Of a stretch of DNA of 64,000 bases, positions 48,307 to 58,185 are shown piece after piece. The DNA comes from an uncultured Candidatus Saccharibacteria bacterium. Lineage in GTDB: Bacteria; Patescibacteriota; Minisyncoccia; Phycocordibacterales; UBA9973. The translations under genes and the position numbers were made by a program. How positions within the stretch are numbered: the stretch's first letter is position 1; every line of letters begins with the position of its first letter. The DNA lies in NCBI GenBank assembly GCA_964520225.1, contig CAZFNV010000004.1, positions 14,520 to 78,519 on the forward strand, in the 5' to 3' direction. The notes below the pieces were generated by a model. The model made no database searches. It was not told the origin of the DNA and saw nothing but the letters and a program-made list of their open reading frames with translations.

Positions 48307-48723
48307 TTATTTTCCTTTTGGCTTTTTATTTCCATATAGTGAACGGCCTTGGCGACGCTTCTCTACACCCTGAGTATCTAGCACGCCACGGACAATATGA
48401 TAACGCACTCCGATCAAGTCCTTCACACGTCCGCCGCGAATCATAACCACAGAGTGCTCCTGAAGGTTGTGTCCTTCACCAGGAATATACGCTGTAACTT
48501 CCATACCGTTAGTCAAGCGCACGCGAGCTATTTTACGTAACGCCGAGTTTGGTTTCTTAGGAGTAGTGGTAGTAACCTTGGAGCACACGCCACGCTTGAA
48601 AGGCGCTGGATAATAGACCGGCTTATTTTTTAAAGTATTAAAACCCTTAGCTAGGGCTACGGTTTTGTGCTTTGAGTGCATGCGCACCCTATTCTTCTTG
48701 ATAAGTTGATTGATTGTAGGCAT
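48307..48723 (-). CDS. rpsL: 30S ribosomal protein S12
   Basis: [10 protein letters not shown]... [11 protein letters not shown]12 signature. Confidence 0.95.
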   Translation of the reverse strand: MPTINQLIKKNRVRMHSKHKTVALAKGFNTLKNKPVYYPAPFKRGVCSKVTTTTPKKPNSALRKIARVRLTNGMEVTAYIPGEGHNLQEHSVVMIRGGRVKDLIGVRYHIVRGVLDTQGVEKRRQGRSLYGNKKPKGK

Positions 48724-48812
48724 ATAGAAACAAAATAGCCCCCATAGGACTATGGCGGTACTATACTATTTTATAGTCCAAAGTGCAAGTGCCGACGCAG
48801 AACAAGACTTCA

Positions 48813-49436
48813 CTACAGGGCAAGACCTGTAAAAATATAGAACAATAAACGCACTATTGGGAAAATAATACTTGAGAGAAAAAATATAAATAGAAGTAAG
48901 AAAAACAGCGCATACTGCTCCATGAATTCTACAATCGGATACATAGATGGAGGCAAGAGCGAGAAGAATACTTTCGAACCATCAAGCGGAGGGATGGGTA
49001 TAAGGTTGAAAACTCCTAAGGCTAAATTTGTGATCACAATGGTCGAAGCAATAAAATAAAAATTTTGTGTGAGCTCGGGACCAGCGTCAAACATAGGGAA
49101 AAGGCGAATCAAAATTCCAAAAATAAATGCGATGAAAAAGTTTGCCAGCACTCCAGCGGAGGCTACAGCTATGGTCCCCCACCTGAGGTCTCGCAGATTG
49201 TTCGGATTATATGGCACCGGACGAGCCCAGCCGAAAAGTATCGGCGCATTCGAAATTATCAAAAGCCCTGGCAATATCACTGAGCCAAATGGATCTAGGT
49301 GCTTCAAGGGGTTCAGTGTTAGCCTGCCTGCATAGCGCGCAGTTTGATCGCCGAAGTATTCAGCCATGAAACCGTGAGAGACCTCGTGGATAACTACCGA
49401 CATTATAAGTATGGCGATGTAAAAAATTGAATCCAT
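48813..49436 (-). CDS. Peptidase M50 (site-2-protease-like) membrane metalloprotease
   Basis: HEVSH (HExxH) in the first TM region and multiple TM helices. Confidence 0.6.
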   Translation of the reverse strand: MDSIFYIAILIMSVVIHEVSHGFMAEYFGDQTARYAGRLTLNPLKHLDPFGSVILPGLLIISNAPILFGWARPVPYNPNNLRDLRWGTIAVASAGVLANFFIAFIFGILIRLFPMFDAGPELTQNFYFIASTIVITNLALGVFNLIPIPPLDGSKVFFSLLPPSMYPIVEFMEQYALFFLLLFIFFLSSIIFPIVRLLFYIFTGLAL

Positions 49437-49484
49437 GGTTTCTAACTTGATAAAGTAACTATTTCATGATAGCATACATCCGCA

Positions 49485-49736
49485 ATGAAAAAAGCTTGCG
49501 CAATAACTAAAAAGGGTTCTATCGTCGGAGGAGGTTACTCCAACAGGACCCGCGCGACCAAATTCAACCCCACTGGCAAAGTCCGCAAATACCCTAATCT
49601 TCAGAAAAAGAAGGTTTTTGTGCCAGAACTTGGTAAATCTGTAACTATTAAGGTTTCTACTCGCGGTCTCCGCACCCTCAAGAAAAACGGCACTTACGCC
49701 ACCCTCCTCAAAGCTGGACTTATAGAAGCTAAATAA
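49485..49736 (+). CDS. rpmB: 50S ribosomal protein L28
   Basis: MKKACAITKKGSIVGGGYSNRTRATKFNPTGKVRKYPNLQKKKVFVPELGK... L28 family. Confidence 0.8.
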   Translation: MKKACAITKKGSIVGGGYSNRTRATKFNPTGKVRKYPNLQKKKVFVPELGKSVTIKVSTRGLRTLKKNGTYATLLKAGLIEAK

Positions 49737-49744
49737 CCTAATCA

Positions 49745-49769
49745 AAAAATCCCCTAAAGGGGATTTTTT
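49745..49769. terminator. Bidirectional intrinsic terminator (aaaaaatcccctaaaggggatttttt)
   Basis: Perfect GC-cored hairpin flanked by A6/T6, between the convergent rpmB and kinase genes. Confidence 0.6.
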
Positions 49770-50743
49770 AGCTTTTCATTTAATAAAGTTCTCAGTACGA
49801 AATACAGGCTTCCGTTCGGTTTTTCTGAGTGCATATGACACCCCCACAAAAGCCACATGGGTATATAAAGTCGTATTCTATCTATAAAAAGATCGACGTC
49901 CATATCTTTATGCTTCTTATTCTTCCCCATGTAAGGTAATAAGGATTTTTTATTTAAATACGGCCACCAGCCAATGTCGCAAAACTCCCAGGCTGGGTCA
50001 CCTATAATCGACCACTCCCAATCAACCACGCCAGTTATTTTTTTATTTTTTATTAAAATGTTACTTGGATTAATTGCATCACCATGAATTAAAGACGGTT
50101 CAACCTTAGGAATATTTTTAAAAAAATATTTTACGTATTCTTCAATCAACGGAAATTCTTCCTCTAAAATCAATCGATTCTTATTTTTTCGATCGCCACT
50201 TTTTACGCTTTTCATCCACAATGGTGCTTCTTTAAGAAAGAAGTCTTTCCATGTTCTATACTTTCCCTCCAGCCCACCTGCCCGAAGTAGTGGCCAACCA
50301 TATCCGACGCATTTAATATTGTGGATATCAGCAATTATTTTTTGAATCTCTGGTATAAATATATCTGGGTTATTTTTCACCCAATCATCTTTTACTGCCA
50401 GAAAGGAAAGTCGCCTCTTGCCAGCAGGTTTGCCCTCCAGCTTCTTTTGCACAAGAAAATACTCTTTCTTAATTTTTCCCGACAAATATATCTTGGCCGC
50501 TGGTATATTGGGAAAATTTTCAAGTAAGTCACCAATTGCTTTTATCTTTTCCCAAATCTTATGATTTTTCCATTCTGTAACTGGTTTTATTATATGAATG
50601 ATCAAAAAACCTATATTCGAATATACAGTATAAACAGCGCTCATAAAGCCTTGACTGTCGTGCTCTTTGAGTGTGGTAATTTTAGCAAAAATTCCCTTAT
50701 CCTTCAGTTTATTAAAAATAAGATGGAACTTTTCTTCTGCCAT
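49754..50743 (-). CDS. Aminoglycoside/choline-kinase-like phosphotransferase (APH family)
   Basis: Brenner motif HGDAINPSNIL and VVDWEWS (DxE) of the protein-kinase-like APH/ChoK fold. Confidence 0.6.
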   Translation of the reverse strand: MAEEKFHLIFNKLKDKGIFAKITTLKEHDSQGFMSAVYTVYSNIGFLIIHIIKPVTEWKNHKIWEKIKAIGDLLENFPNIPAAKIYLSGKIKKEYFLVQKKLEGKPAGKRRLSFLAVKDDWVKNNPDIFIPEIQKIIADIHNIKCVGYGWPLLRAGGLEGKYRTWKDFFLKEAPLWMKSVKSGDRKNKNRLILEEEFPLIEEYVKYFFKNIPKVEPSLIHGDAINPSNILIKNKKITGVVDWEWSIIGDPAWEFCDIGWWPYLNKKSLLPYMGKNKKHKDMDVDLFIDRIRLYIPMWLLWGCHMHSEKPNGSLYFVLRTLLNEKLKNPL

Positions 50744-50761
50744 TTCTCGATTATAGCAATT

Positions 50762-52000
50762 TTATGCTGGAACAAAAGTTAGCGCTGTGCCGGCTTTGCC
50801 AGCGCGTCCAGTTCGCCCAATGCGATGCACGTAGGTATCGTACGTTTGAGGCACATCGAAGTTTATAACATGAGTCACGTCTGGGATATCTAAGCCTCGC
50901 GCCGCTACGTCAGTAGCAATCAAAATATTTATTTTGTTCTGTTTGAAAGAATCCAAAATTCGGATGCGCTCCCGGCTACGTTTATCGCCATGAATCCCGC
51001 CCACTCTAAATCCAGCGTTCGTAAGATCCTTGGCAAGGCGATCCACGCTGTGCTTCATTTCGCGGAAAATAAGCACCTTATCGGAACCGTCCTTTTTCAG
51101 AACTTCATGAAGTTTTTCTAATTTTTCTTCCGCAGTTTTGAAACGCACAACATCTTGATCTATACTCTTGGCTGTTTCGCCCGAAACCACAGAAATGAAA
51201 ACTGGGTTTTTTAAATACTGCTCGGTTATTTTTTTTATTTCCGGCGAAAGCGTAGCCGAAAAGAATAAAGTTTGTCGCTCTTCCGATGTCTTATTTATTA
51301 TATAAAGCATGTCGTCCCTAAAACCCATATCGAGCATTCGGTCCGCCTCATCTAGCACAACACTCCTACAGCTAGATAAATCCAAAACCTTCTGATTAAT
51401 CAGATCGCGTAGGCGCCCCGGGGTGCCAATGACAAAAGAAACCCCAAGCTTAATTTCTCGAATCTGTTTATTGATAGGCAAACCTCCGACACAGGCCACG
51501 GAGAACATCCCAAAGCCAAAAGCAAGCTTCTTGAATTCTTCGTCTATCTGCATCGCCAGCTCTCGAGTAGGCGCCATAATCAATACTTTTTCCTTTTTAT
51601 TTTGTCCTTTTGTCTTCCAGATCTTTTCAATCAAAGGCAAGAGGAAGGCCGCAGTCTTACCGGTGCCGGTATTAGCCATACCGAAAACATCTCGGCCGTC
51701 CAGAATAGGACGAATTGCCTGATCTTGGATTGGCCTTGGAGCTACATATCCAACGCGAGTAATATTTTTGTAAAGTTGCTCATTAAATATGAAATCTGAA
51801 AAAGTGTGCTTGGCCACGTAAGGCTTCTCTTCCACTCTCACACCCTTTTTTATAAAACGAGAAAAACCGATACGTTCTCCACGAGCGGATTTATTGTTTC
51901 TTTTTCTATTTTGAAAACCAGACGAACCTCGAAATGGCGAACCTCGCCTGCCGAGCCTACTAGGCCTAGCTGAATATTTTTTGTACATACTTGGGGCCAC
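50762..52000 (-). CDS. DEAD-box ATP-dependent RNA helicase with RG-rich N-terminal tail
   Basis: Q motif, GTGKTAAF, DEAD, SAT, HRIGRTGR motifs. Confidence 0.9.
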   Translation of the reverse strand: MAPSMYKKYSARPSRLGRRGSPFRGSSGFQNRKRNNKSARGERIGFSRFIKKGVRVEEKPYVAKHTFSDFIFNEQLYKNITRVGYVAPRPIQDQAIRPILDGRDVFGMANTGTGKTAAFLLPLIEKIWKTKGQNKKEKVLIMAPTRELAMQIDEEFKKLAFGFGMFSVACVGGLPINKQIREIKLGVSFVIGTPGRLRDLINQKVLDLSSCRSVVLDEADRMLDMGFRDDMLYIINKTSEERQTLFFSATLSPEIKKITEQYLKNPVFISVVSGETAKSIDQDVVRFKTAEEKLEKLHEVLKKDGSDKVLIFREMKHSVDRLAKDLTNAGFRVGGIHGDKRSRERIRILDSFKQNKINILIATDVAARGLDIPDVTHVINFDVPQTYDTYVHRIGRTGRAGKAGTALTFVPA

Positions 52001-52100
52001 TCCCCCAAAATGTATTAGTGAGAATGATAATTAAAGTATAGCATTTTATGGTTATTTTGTCAATAATTTATAAGATATTACTTATTGCTATAATAGGATC

Positions 52101-53054
52101 ATGCAAGAAGAACTCGTAGGCAAACATGTGGATGAAATATATCTAGATTTATTAGAGCGTATAATGGAGACTGGTGTTAAAAAAACAGACCGCACTGGTA
52201 CTGGCACGTTAAGCTTACTTGGACACCAGATGCGTTTTAATCTCGCAGATGGCTTCCCCTTACTTACCACGAAGAAAGTGCCTATAAAAGCCATAATCCA
52301 CGAGCTTCTGTGGTTCATGCGAGGCGATACTAATTTAAAATATCTAGCCGACAACAACGTGCATATTTGGGATGAATGGCCATATAAAGCTTATCTGGAG
52401 AGGAATAACTTGCCTATACCAAAAACCGACAGCGCAGAATGGATAAATGGCATAAAAGAGTTTGTAGAAAAGATAAAAACGGACGATAAGTTTGCGCAAG
52501 AATATGGCAACCTCGGACCTATTTACGGATATCAGTGGAGAAACTGGCCAACACCGAACGGTAAGCATATCGACCAACTTACAAAAGTGATTGAGGACAT
52601 CAAGAAATCTCCGGACTCCCGTAGACTTATCGTATCTGCCTGGAATGTTGCAGATATTGATGAGATGGCGAAGGCTGGTTTACCTCCGTGCCACTGCTTG
52701 TTTCAATTCTATGTTGCAAACGGTAAACTATCCTGCCAGCTATATCAGAGGTCATGCGATACTTTCTTAGGAGTTCCTTTCAATATTGCCTCATATGCGT
52801 TGCTTACAATGATAATCGCCCAGATTTGTGAGTTACAACCTGGAGAATTTGTTTGGACAGGGGGTGATGTACACCTATACCTAAACCACATAGAACAAGC
52901 TAAATTGCAATTGTCTCGACGCAACGACATAAGACCAATGCCTAAAATGAAAATAAACCCGACAAAGAAAGAGCTGGAAGACTTTACGATAGACGATTTT
53001 GAGTTGGTAGATTATAACCCGCACGAAAGCATTAAGGCACCAATAGCTGTATAG
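52101..53054 (+). CDS. thyA: Thymidylate synthase ThyA (long form)
   Basis: ...DRTGTGTLS..., catalytic region [11 protein letters not shown], 317 aa. Confidence 0.9.
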   Translation: MQEELVGKHVDEIYLDLLERIMETGVKKTDRTGTGTLSLLGHQMRFNLADGFPLLTTKKVPIKAIIHELLWFMRGDTNLKYLADNNVHIWDEWPYKAYLERNNLPIPKTDSAEWINGIKEFVEKIKTDDKFAQEYGNLGPIYGYQWRNWPTPNGKHIDQLTKVIEDIKKSPDSRRLIVSAWNVADIDEMAKAGLPPCHCLFQFYVANGKLSCQLYQRSCDTFLGVPFNIASYALLTMIIAQICELQPGEFVWTGGDVHLYLNHIEQAKLQLSRRNDIRPMPKMKINPTKKELEDFTIDDFELVDYNPHESIKAPIAV

Positions 53055-53057
53055 ACC

Positions 53058-53549
53058 ATGATCTCTATCATCGCCGCAATTGGAAAGAATAACGAACTCG
53101 GTAAAAACAATGCTTTGCTCTGGAAAATGCCGGCAGATATGAAGCACTTCCGAGAAACGACCACGCTTCACGCAGTAATAATGGGGCGTAAAACCTTCGA
53201 GTCCATAGGCAAACCGCTACCGAACAGAAGGAATGTAGTTATAACTCGAGATGCGAGCTATAAACAGCCCGGCGTCGAAGTTGTAAACTCCCTAAGCACT
53301 GCTCTTGATCTATTCCCAGATCCAAAAGAGGAGATATTTTTCATTGGCGGAGCCAATATATACGAGCAAGTTATGCCTATAGCTGATAAACTATACATTA
53401 CCCATGTAGATGCTGAAGTGAAAGATGCGGACGCCTTTTTCCCAGAGATTATTCCCATAGTTTGGAATGAGGTAAAGCACGAAGAACACAGAAAGGATGG
53501 AGAAAATCCTTATAACTATACCTTCTCTGTGTATGAAAAATTTATCTAA
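53058..53549 (+). CDS. folA: Dihydrofolate reductase
   Basis: MISIIAAIGKNNELGKNNALLW..., GRKTFESIG, GGANIY motifs. Confidence 0.85.
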   Translation: MISIIAAIGKNNELGKNNALLWKMPADMKHFRETTTLHAVIMGRKTFESIGKPLPNRRNVVITRDASYKQPGVEVVNSLSTALDLFPDPKEEIFFIGGANIYEQVMPIADKLYITHVDAEVKDADAFFPEIIPIVWNEVKHEEHRKDGENPYNYTFSVYEKFI

Positions 53550-53872
53550 GGGTCCTCAGGAGTTCGAACACGGATAAATACATCTTTGCCGTCTGGGGAT
53601 TTTTCTTTGATATATTTTCTTCTTTTATTGATCTCAATCTTTCTAACAATCTCCTTCTCTAAATCGAACTTTAGATTGTGAGAGATTCCTAAAAGGAATA
53701 TTATTACGTCGGCTAGCTCTTCGGCGACTCCAGGCTTATTGCGATCATACTTAGAAAAAGCCTCAGCTAATTCTTCATACGCCCGACAAAAGTCGTAGGT
53801 AACATCATTTGAGAATCCTTTCTTCTTGCGATTTTGAATTACTTCCTTCTGAAGTTTTTTTAAATCAATCAT
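53546..53872 (-). CDS. Small MazG-like nucleoside triphosphate pyrophosphohydrolase
   Basis: EExxE/D-type all-alpha NTP-PPase pattern (YEELAEAF...AEELADVIIFLL). Confidence 0.6.
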   Translation of the reverse strand: MIDLKKLQKEVIQNRKKKGFSNDVTYDFCRAYEELAEAFSKYDRNKPGVAEELADVIIFLLGISHNLKFDLEKEIVRKIEINKRRKYIKEKSPDGKDVFIRVRTPEDP

Positions 53873-53875
53873 AGG

Positions 53876-54421
53876 TTATTGATTTTTATAAGTCTCTACT
53901 TTTCTATTTAAAATTTCTAATTTTACTTTAGCTTTCTTAAAGATATTCTTCGTTTCTCTACTGGCGTGATAATCATTCAGTGTAACCACTCGCACTATGC
54001 CTGAATTAATAATGCTTTGACCGCATTTGTAACAAGGGGTCATTTTACAATATAGTGTACCACCCAGAACTGACACACCGACACGGGCTGCATTATTGAT
54101 AGCGTTTTGTTCAGCATGAGCTGTACGTACGCAATGCTTAGTAATAGACCCGTCTTCGTGAGTCACATTGTGCATCTCGTGACCAACCTGATCACAATCA
54201 GGTAAGCCCACTGGAGCCCCCACATATCCAGTACAAAGTATTCTTTTGTCTTTCACAATAACTGCGCCAGACCTACCGCGATCACAAGTGCCTCGTGATC
54301 CCACTAATTCAACCATATTTAAAAAGTATTCGTCCCAAGAGGGTCTTTTGTATTTTCCAGTTTTTTGGAAAGATTTTTTCACAACTTTAATATAACCCTT
54401 ACTAATCGAAAAAGCCAACAC
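53876..54421 (-). CDS. dCMP deaminase (ComEB-like)
   Basis: HAEQNAI and PCYKC zinc-binding motifs of cytidine/deoxycytidylate deaminases. Confidence 0.8.
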   Translation of the reverse strand: MLAFSISKGYIKVVKKSFQKTGKYKRPSWDEYFLNMVELVGSRGTCDRGRSGAVIVKDKRILCTGYVGAPVGLPDCDQVGHEMHNVTHEDGSITKHCVRTAHAEQNAINNAARVGVSVLGGTLYCKMTPCYKCGQSIINSGIVRVVTLNDYHASRETKNIFKKAKVKLEILNRKVETYKNQ

Positions 54422-54440
54422 TTTCGTGTTGGCTTTTTCC

Positions 54441-54863
54441 TTATTTAACTTCTACCCCCATCGAGCGAGCCGTACCGGCAACTATGTTGATGAGGCCATC
54501 ATCGTCTTTCGCATTTAAGTCTGCCATCTTTTTCTTACCGATTTCGAGCGCTTGTGCACGAGAGATTTTACCAACCTTAGAAGAATTCGGCTTACCAGAA
54601 CCCTTCTCAATGCCTGCGGCTTTTAGTATCAAATCGCTTGCTGGAGTACTCTTGACTACGAAGTCATAGCTTCTGTCGTCGTATACGCTGATGTATGCAG
54701 AAAGCATCTCCCCCGCCATTTTCTGAGTAGCTGCGTTGAACTTGGTAACGAAATCACCTATGTTAATACCCGCCTGACCGAGCGCAGGCCCAAGAGGTGG
54801 CGCAGGTGTAGCCTTGCCCCCCATGATTCGCACTTTTACTTTTTTAACTACGTTTTTTGCCAT
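54441..54863 (-). CDS. rplK: 50S ribosomal protein L11
   Basis: ...GKATPAPPLGPALGQAGIN... L11 signature. Confidence 0.9.
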   Translation of the reverse strand: MAKNVVKKVKVRIMGGKATPAPPLGPALGQAGINIGDFVTKFNAATQKMAGEMLSAYISVYDDRSYDFVVKSTPASDLILKAAGIEKGSGKPNSSKVGKISRAQALEIGKKKMADLNAKDDDGLINIVAGTARSMGVEVK

Positions 54864-54879
54864 ACTGTTGCAGATTAAC

Positions 54880-55425
54880 TTAAATTTTCTTAACTTGCAA
54901 GAAGTCTAATTCGACTGGTGTCTCGCGTCCGAACATTGAAACCAACACTTTTACCTTGCCTCGCTCTTGGTCTACCGCGTTTACTTTACCTTCTAAATCC
55001 TTAAAGGGACCATCGGTGATAAGCACGCTCTCCCCTAAAACCATATCGATCTGATATTTCGCATTACCACCTTCCATTTTACTGAAGAGGAAGTCCACTT
55101 CTTCTTTGCGCAATGGCACTGGATTCACCCCCGCACCAACGAAGCCGGTCACTCGCGGAGTGTTGCGCACCACATACCAAGAATCATCTGTCACTATCAT
55201 ATCTACCAAAACGTATCCTGGATAAATCTTCTCCTCCACTTCTACTCTTTTACCCCCCTTTATTTTTATTTTCTTCTCCACAGGAACCACTACGTTGAAA
55301 ATCTTGTCGTTCATACCGAGCGAATCTATGCGCTGTTTTAAATTACGCAAGACTACATTCTCATAGCCTGCATAAGTATGAATGGCGTACCAATTTCTAG
55401 CTCCCGCGAGTTCTTGTTTAGACAT
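54880..55425 (-). CDS. nusG: Transcription termination/antitermination factor NusG
   Basis: NGN domain (WYAIHTYAGYENVV) plus C-terminal KOW. Confidence 0.9.
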   Translation of the reverse strand: MSKQELAGARNWYAIHTYAGYENVVLRNLKQRIDSLGMNDKIFNVVVPVEKKIKIKGGKRVEVEEKIYPGYVLVDMIVTDDSWYVVRNTPRVTGFVGAGVNPVPLRKEEVDFLFSKMEGGNAKYQIDMVLGESVLITDGPFKDLEGKVNAVDQERGKVKVLVSMFGRETPVELDFLQVKKI

Positions 55426-55434
55426 AAATATTAA

Positions 55435-55620
55435 TTAAGCTGACAAAACTTCGCCTAGACCCCTTGAGAAGATAAAATCAAACAGCCCTAGATAATAGGC
55501 CACTATAACTGACAAAACAATCACAATGAGCGTATAGTAAAACACCTGTGACCTCTTTGGCCATACCACATGCTTCATCTCCCCTCGTGTATCTTTAAAA
55601 TATTCAGAGATTTTCGACAT
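55435..55620 (-). CDS. secE: Preprotein translocase subunit SecE
   Basis: 61 aa, single TM helix, immediately upstream of nusG. Confidence 0.8.
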   Translation of the reverse strand: MSKISEYFKDTRGEMKHVVWPKRSQVFYYTLIVIVLSVIVAYYLGLFDFIFSRGLGEVLSA

Positions 55621-55634
55621 ATTGTTTGTATTTT

Positions 55635-55662
55635 AAAAAAGCCCCCTTTCAAGGGCTTTTTT
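55635..55662. terminator. Intrinsic terminator-like hairpin (aaaaaagccccctttcaagggctttttt)
   Basis: GC stem flanked by A6/T6, between the SIMPL gene and secE. Confidence 0.5.
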
Positions 55663-55700
55663 AATAATACTTTTTTTAGCGAAAAAGTCAAACTCTACAC

Positions 55701-56531
55701 CTAGCGTATCTCAAAGGTTATGGTCACATTTGAGTTTATCATGTTCTCGCCCTTTGGAAGCTCAGCTGGAGCTGGAGCGCCATAAGCTTTTTCTGAAGAT
55801 AGCATCATATCGCGCCCATAGTACATTGGCGAGCCAAAGTCCGAAGAATCATCGTAGAAGCTCATAACATCACCAAGCTTTACTCCAAGATTTTTTGCCA
55901 AAGCCTTAGCCTTAGCTCGCGCGTCTTCGATAGCCAGCTTCTTGGCTTCTGCTTTTAGGGTATCTTCATCATCAATTGCGAAGTTAGGTCCTGAGAGGTC
56001 GCTCACGCCGATAGCTCCCAAATCTTGCATTAGTTTACCAACGCTATCTACATCTCGAACTTTTACCGAGATATTCTCATAAGCTTCATAGCCAACGAGC
56101 ACCTGCTTGCCTCCGCCACAATAATAGCTTGGGACAAATGCTCCATCTGGTCCGACAGTCTGAGGGCAAACCTTCTGTTGGTATTCATACTTAGGATTGA
56201 AAGACGCGCTGACTGTTTTAATGTCCTTGTCTTCCACATTGTTAGTTTTTAGAGCCTCCAGCGCCTTAGCCTCTACTTCGGCTACTGCATCCTGGGCTTC
56301 CTTCACTGTCTTTGCATCTTTCCTAATACTGAAACTAACATTAGCTATGTCTGGCGTCGCGAATACTTCACCATATCCATAAACAGTAATACTGTTGAAG
56401 CTCTGGTCGGCATTCTGGTAATACCTCCACTCAGACAAAACTTTCACTACAAAAAACAGACACAAGATAACCACAAAGGCGAGCACTGCCTTGTATAGAT
56501 TCTTCACATACTGATTTGGTACGTCTATCAT
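55701..56531 (-). CDS. SIMPL-domain (DUF541) secreted protein
   Basis: N-terminal TM/signal plus SIMPL-like pattern (ITVYGYGEV...ANVSFSI...). Confidence 0.65.
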   Translation of the reverse strand: MIDVPNQYVKNLYKAVLAFVVILCLFFVVKVLSEWRYYQNADQSFNSITVYGYGEVFATPDIANVSFSIRKDAKTVKEAQDAVAEVEAKALEALKTNNVEDKDIKTVSASFNPKYEYQQKVCPQTVGPDGAFVPSYYCGGGKQVLVGYEAYENISVKVRDVDSVGKLMQDLGAIGVSDLSGPNFAIDDEDTLKAEAKKLAIEDARAKAKALAKNLGVKLGDVMSFYDDSSDFGSPMYYGRDMMLSSEKAYGAPAPAELPKGENMINSNVTITFEIR

Positions 56532-56609
56532 AAATTTTCAGCCTGAGGCTGATCCGCCTTTGGCGGAATTCATTATCTTTTAATCCGCTAATTATACACG
56601 CAAAATCTG

Positions 56610-57626
56610 TTAAATCAAGTTCACTTCCGGCACGAGGGTTAGGCCAAATTTTTGCTGGACGGCAGATATTATTTCTTCAGCCAAGGCCTTTATTTCTAGC
56701 CCTGTCGCCCCACCGTGATTCACCAGCACTAAAGCCTGTTTATCATGAACGCCAACGCGCCCTACCCTACGCCCTTTATATCCGCATTGCTCCACCAACC
56801 AACCAGAAGGTATTTTTATAATTCCATTTTCAACAAAACTCGGCATGTCAGGATATTTAGCTAAAAGATTTTTGAACTCCTCTTCGCTCACGAAAACATT
56901 TTTGAAAAAGCTCCCCGCATTACCAGTAACTTTTGGATCAGGTAATTTACTTTTACGTATTGCTGTTACTGCACCACTTATGTCCTTTGGGGTTTTTGGG
57001 GTCAAGTTATTGCTAGTTAGATATTCGCGCAAAACTCTGTAGCCAGTATTGGGTGCCCCTCTTTTAGAGAGCTTCAGATTAACTGCGGTAATGAAATATT
57101 TGTCTTTGAATTTATTTTTAAATACACTGTCGCGATAACCAAGCTCACACTCTTCAGCTGTAAAAACTTTCTTATTCCCGGTTGTAAGTTCCACCGCCTC
57201 CACGCTTTCTAAGGCATTTTTAAGTTCTGCGCCATACGCACCAATGTTCTGCATCGGTGCCGCACCCACTGTGCCAGGCACAAAAGCCAGGTTCTCTATC
57301 CCCCAATATCCACGCTCGACAGCAAAGAGCACCAAGTCATGCCACACCTCCCCACTCATCGCTCGAACAAAAACATCCTCATCGCTTTCTTTATAAATTT
57401 CTATCCCTCGCAATTTATTTACCACCACAACACCCGGGAAATCGCGGGTGAAAAGCACGTTACTCCCCCCGCCCAAGAAAATCCGTTCATTATTCCTGAA
57501 CTCTGGCCTTACTAAAAGTTCCTCTAGTTCTGCTTCATTATTTACTTCGGCAAAAAACCCCGTCCGCGCCGGAACGCCGAAGGTATTCAGTTTAGTCAGA
57601 TCATAATCCTGCTTTATGGTTATCAC
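56610..57626 (-). CDS. murB: UDP-N-acetylenolpyruvoylglucosamine reductase MurB
   Basis: FAD-binding PCMH domain (FLGGGSNVLF) plus MurB C-terminal domain. Confidence 0.85.
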   Translation of the reverse strand: MITIKQDYDLTKLNTFGVPARTGFFAEVNNEAELEELLVRPEFRNNERIFLGGGSNVLFTRDFPGVVVVNKLRGIEIYKESDEDVFVRAMSGEVWHDLVLFAVERGYWGIENLAFVPGTVGAAPMQNIGAYGAELKNALESVEAVELTTGNKKVFTAEECELGYRDSVFKNKFKDKYFITAVNLKLSKRGAPNTGYRVLREYLTSNNLTPKTPKDISGAVTAIRKSKLPDPKVTGNAGSFFKNVFVSEEEFKNLLAKYPDMPSFVENGIIKIPSGWLVEQCGYKGRRVGRVGVHDKQALVLVNHGGATGLEIKALAEEIISAVQQKFGLTLVPEVNLI

Positions 57627-58183
57627 TCTCGTAGTATATTCACTGTGCCATCCGTATGCAAACGTATAATTCGTGAAGGCTTGCCAAAAATTTCTCCTCC
57701 ATCCACATACATATCTGGCTTATTGCCAAAATATGCTTTAGCTTCTTGTATATTTTTCGCAGGAGGGTTACCTTCTGTGTTGGCCGAAGGTGCAACAAGT
57801 GGGCCGGTTTTCGCAAGCAGTTCGCACAACCCAGGTTTCCCTGGAATACGTATGGCTAAAGTTTTGGTTTCTCGATGCAAATACTCGAATTCATCTAAAG
57901 GACAATCCAACACAATGCTGACTGCGCCAGAAAACTCAGAAATTTTATTTTTCTGCTCTTCGGAAAGAGTAATTCCAAACTTTTCAACCTCACCCCAGCC
58001 ACTTACCAGAACTATACACGGCTTCTCGGGCGCGCGCTTGCGTATTTCATAAATGCGGTTCACTGTATCTTGATTCAACGCTTGTCCCACGATGCCGTAT
58101 ATCGTATCGGTAGGCATCACCGCTACCCCGCCTTCTTTGAGCGTCGCCACCAACTCGTCATTGTCCCAAATATTTTCATTCAT
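57623..58183 (-). CDS. tsaC: L-threonylcarbamoyladenylate synthase TsaC/YrdC
   Basis: YrdC fold motifs (PTDTIYGIV...R...K). Confidence 0.8.
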   Translation of the reverse strand: MNENIWDNDELVATLKEGGVAVMPTDTIYGIVGQALNQDTVNRIYEIRKRAPEKPCIVLVSGWGEVEKFGITLSEEQKNKISEFSGAVSIVLDCPLDEFEYLHRETKTLAIRIPGKPGLCELLAKTGPLVAPSANTEGNPPAKNIQEAKAYFGNKPDMYVDGGEIFGKPSRIIRLHTDGTVNILRE

Positions 58184-58185
58184 AG

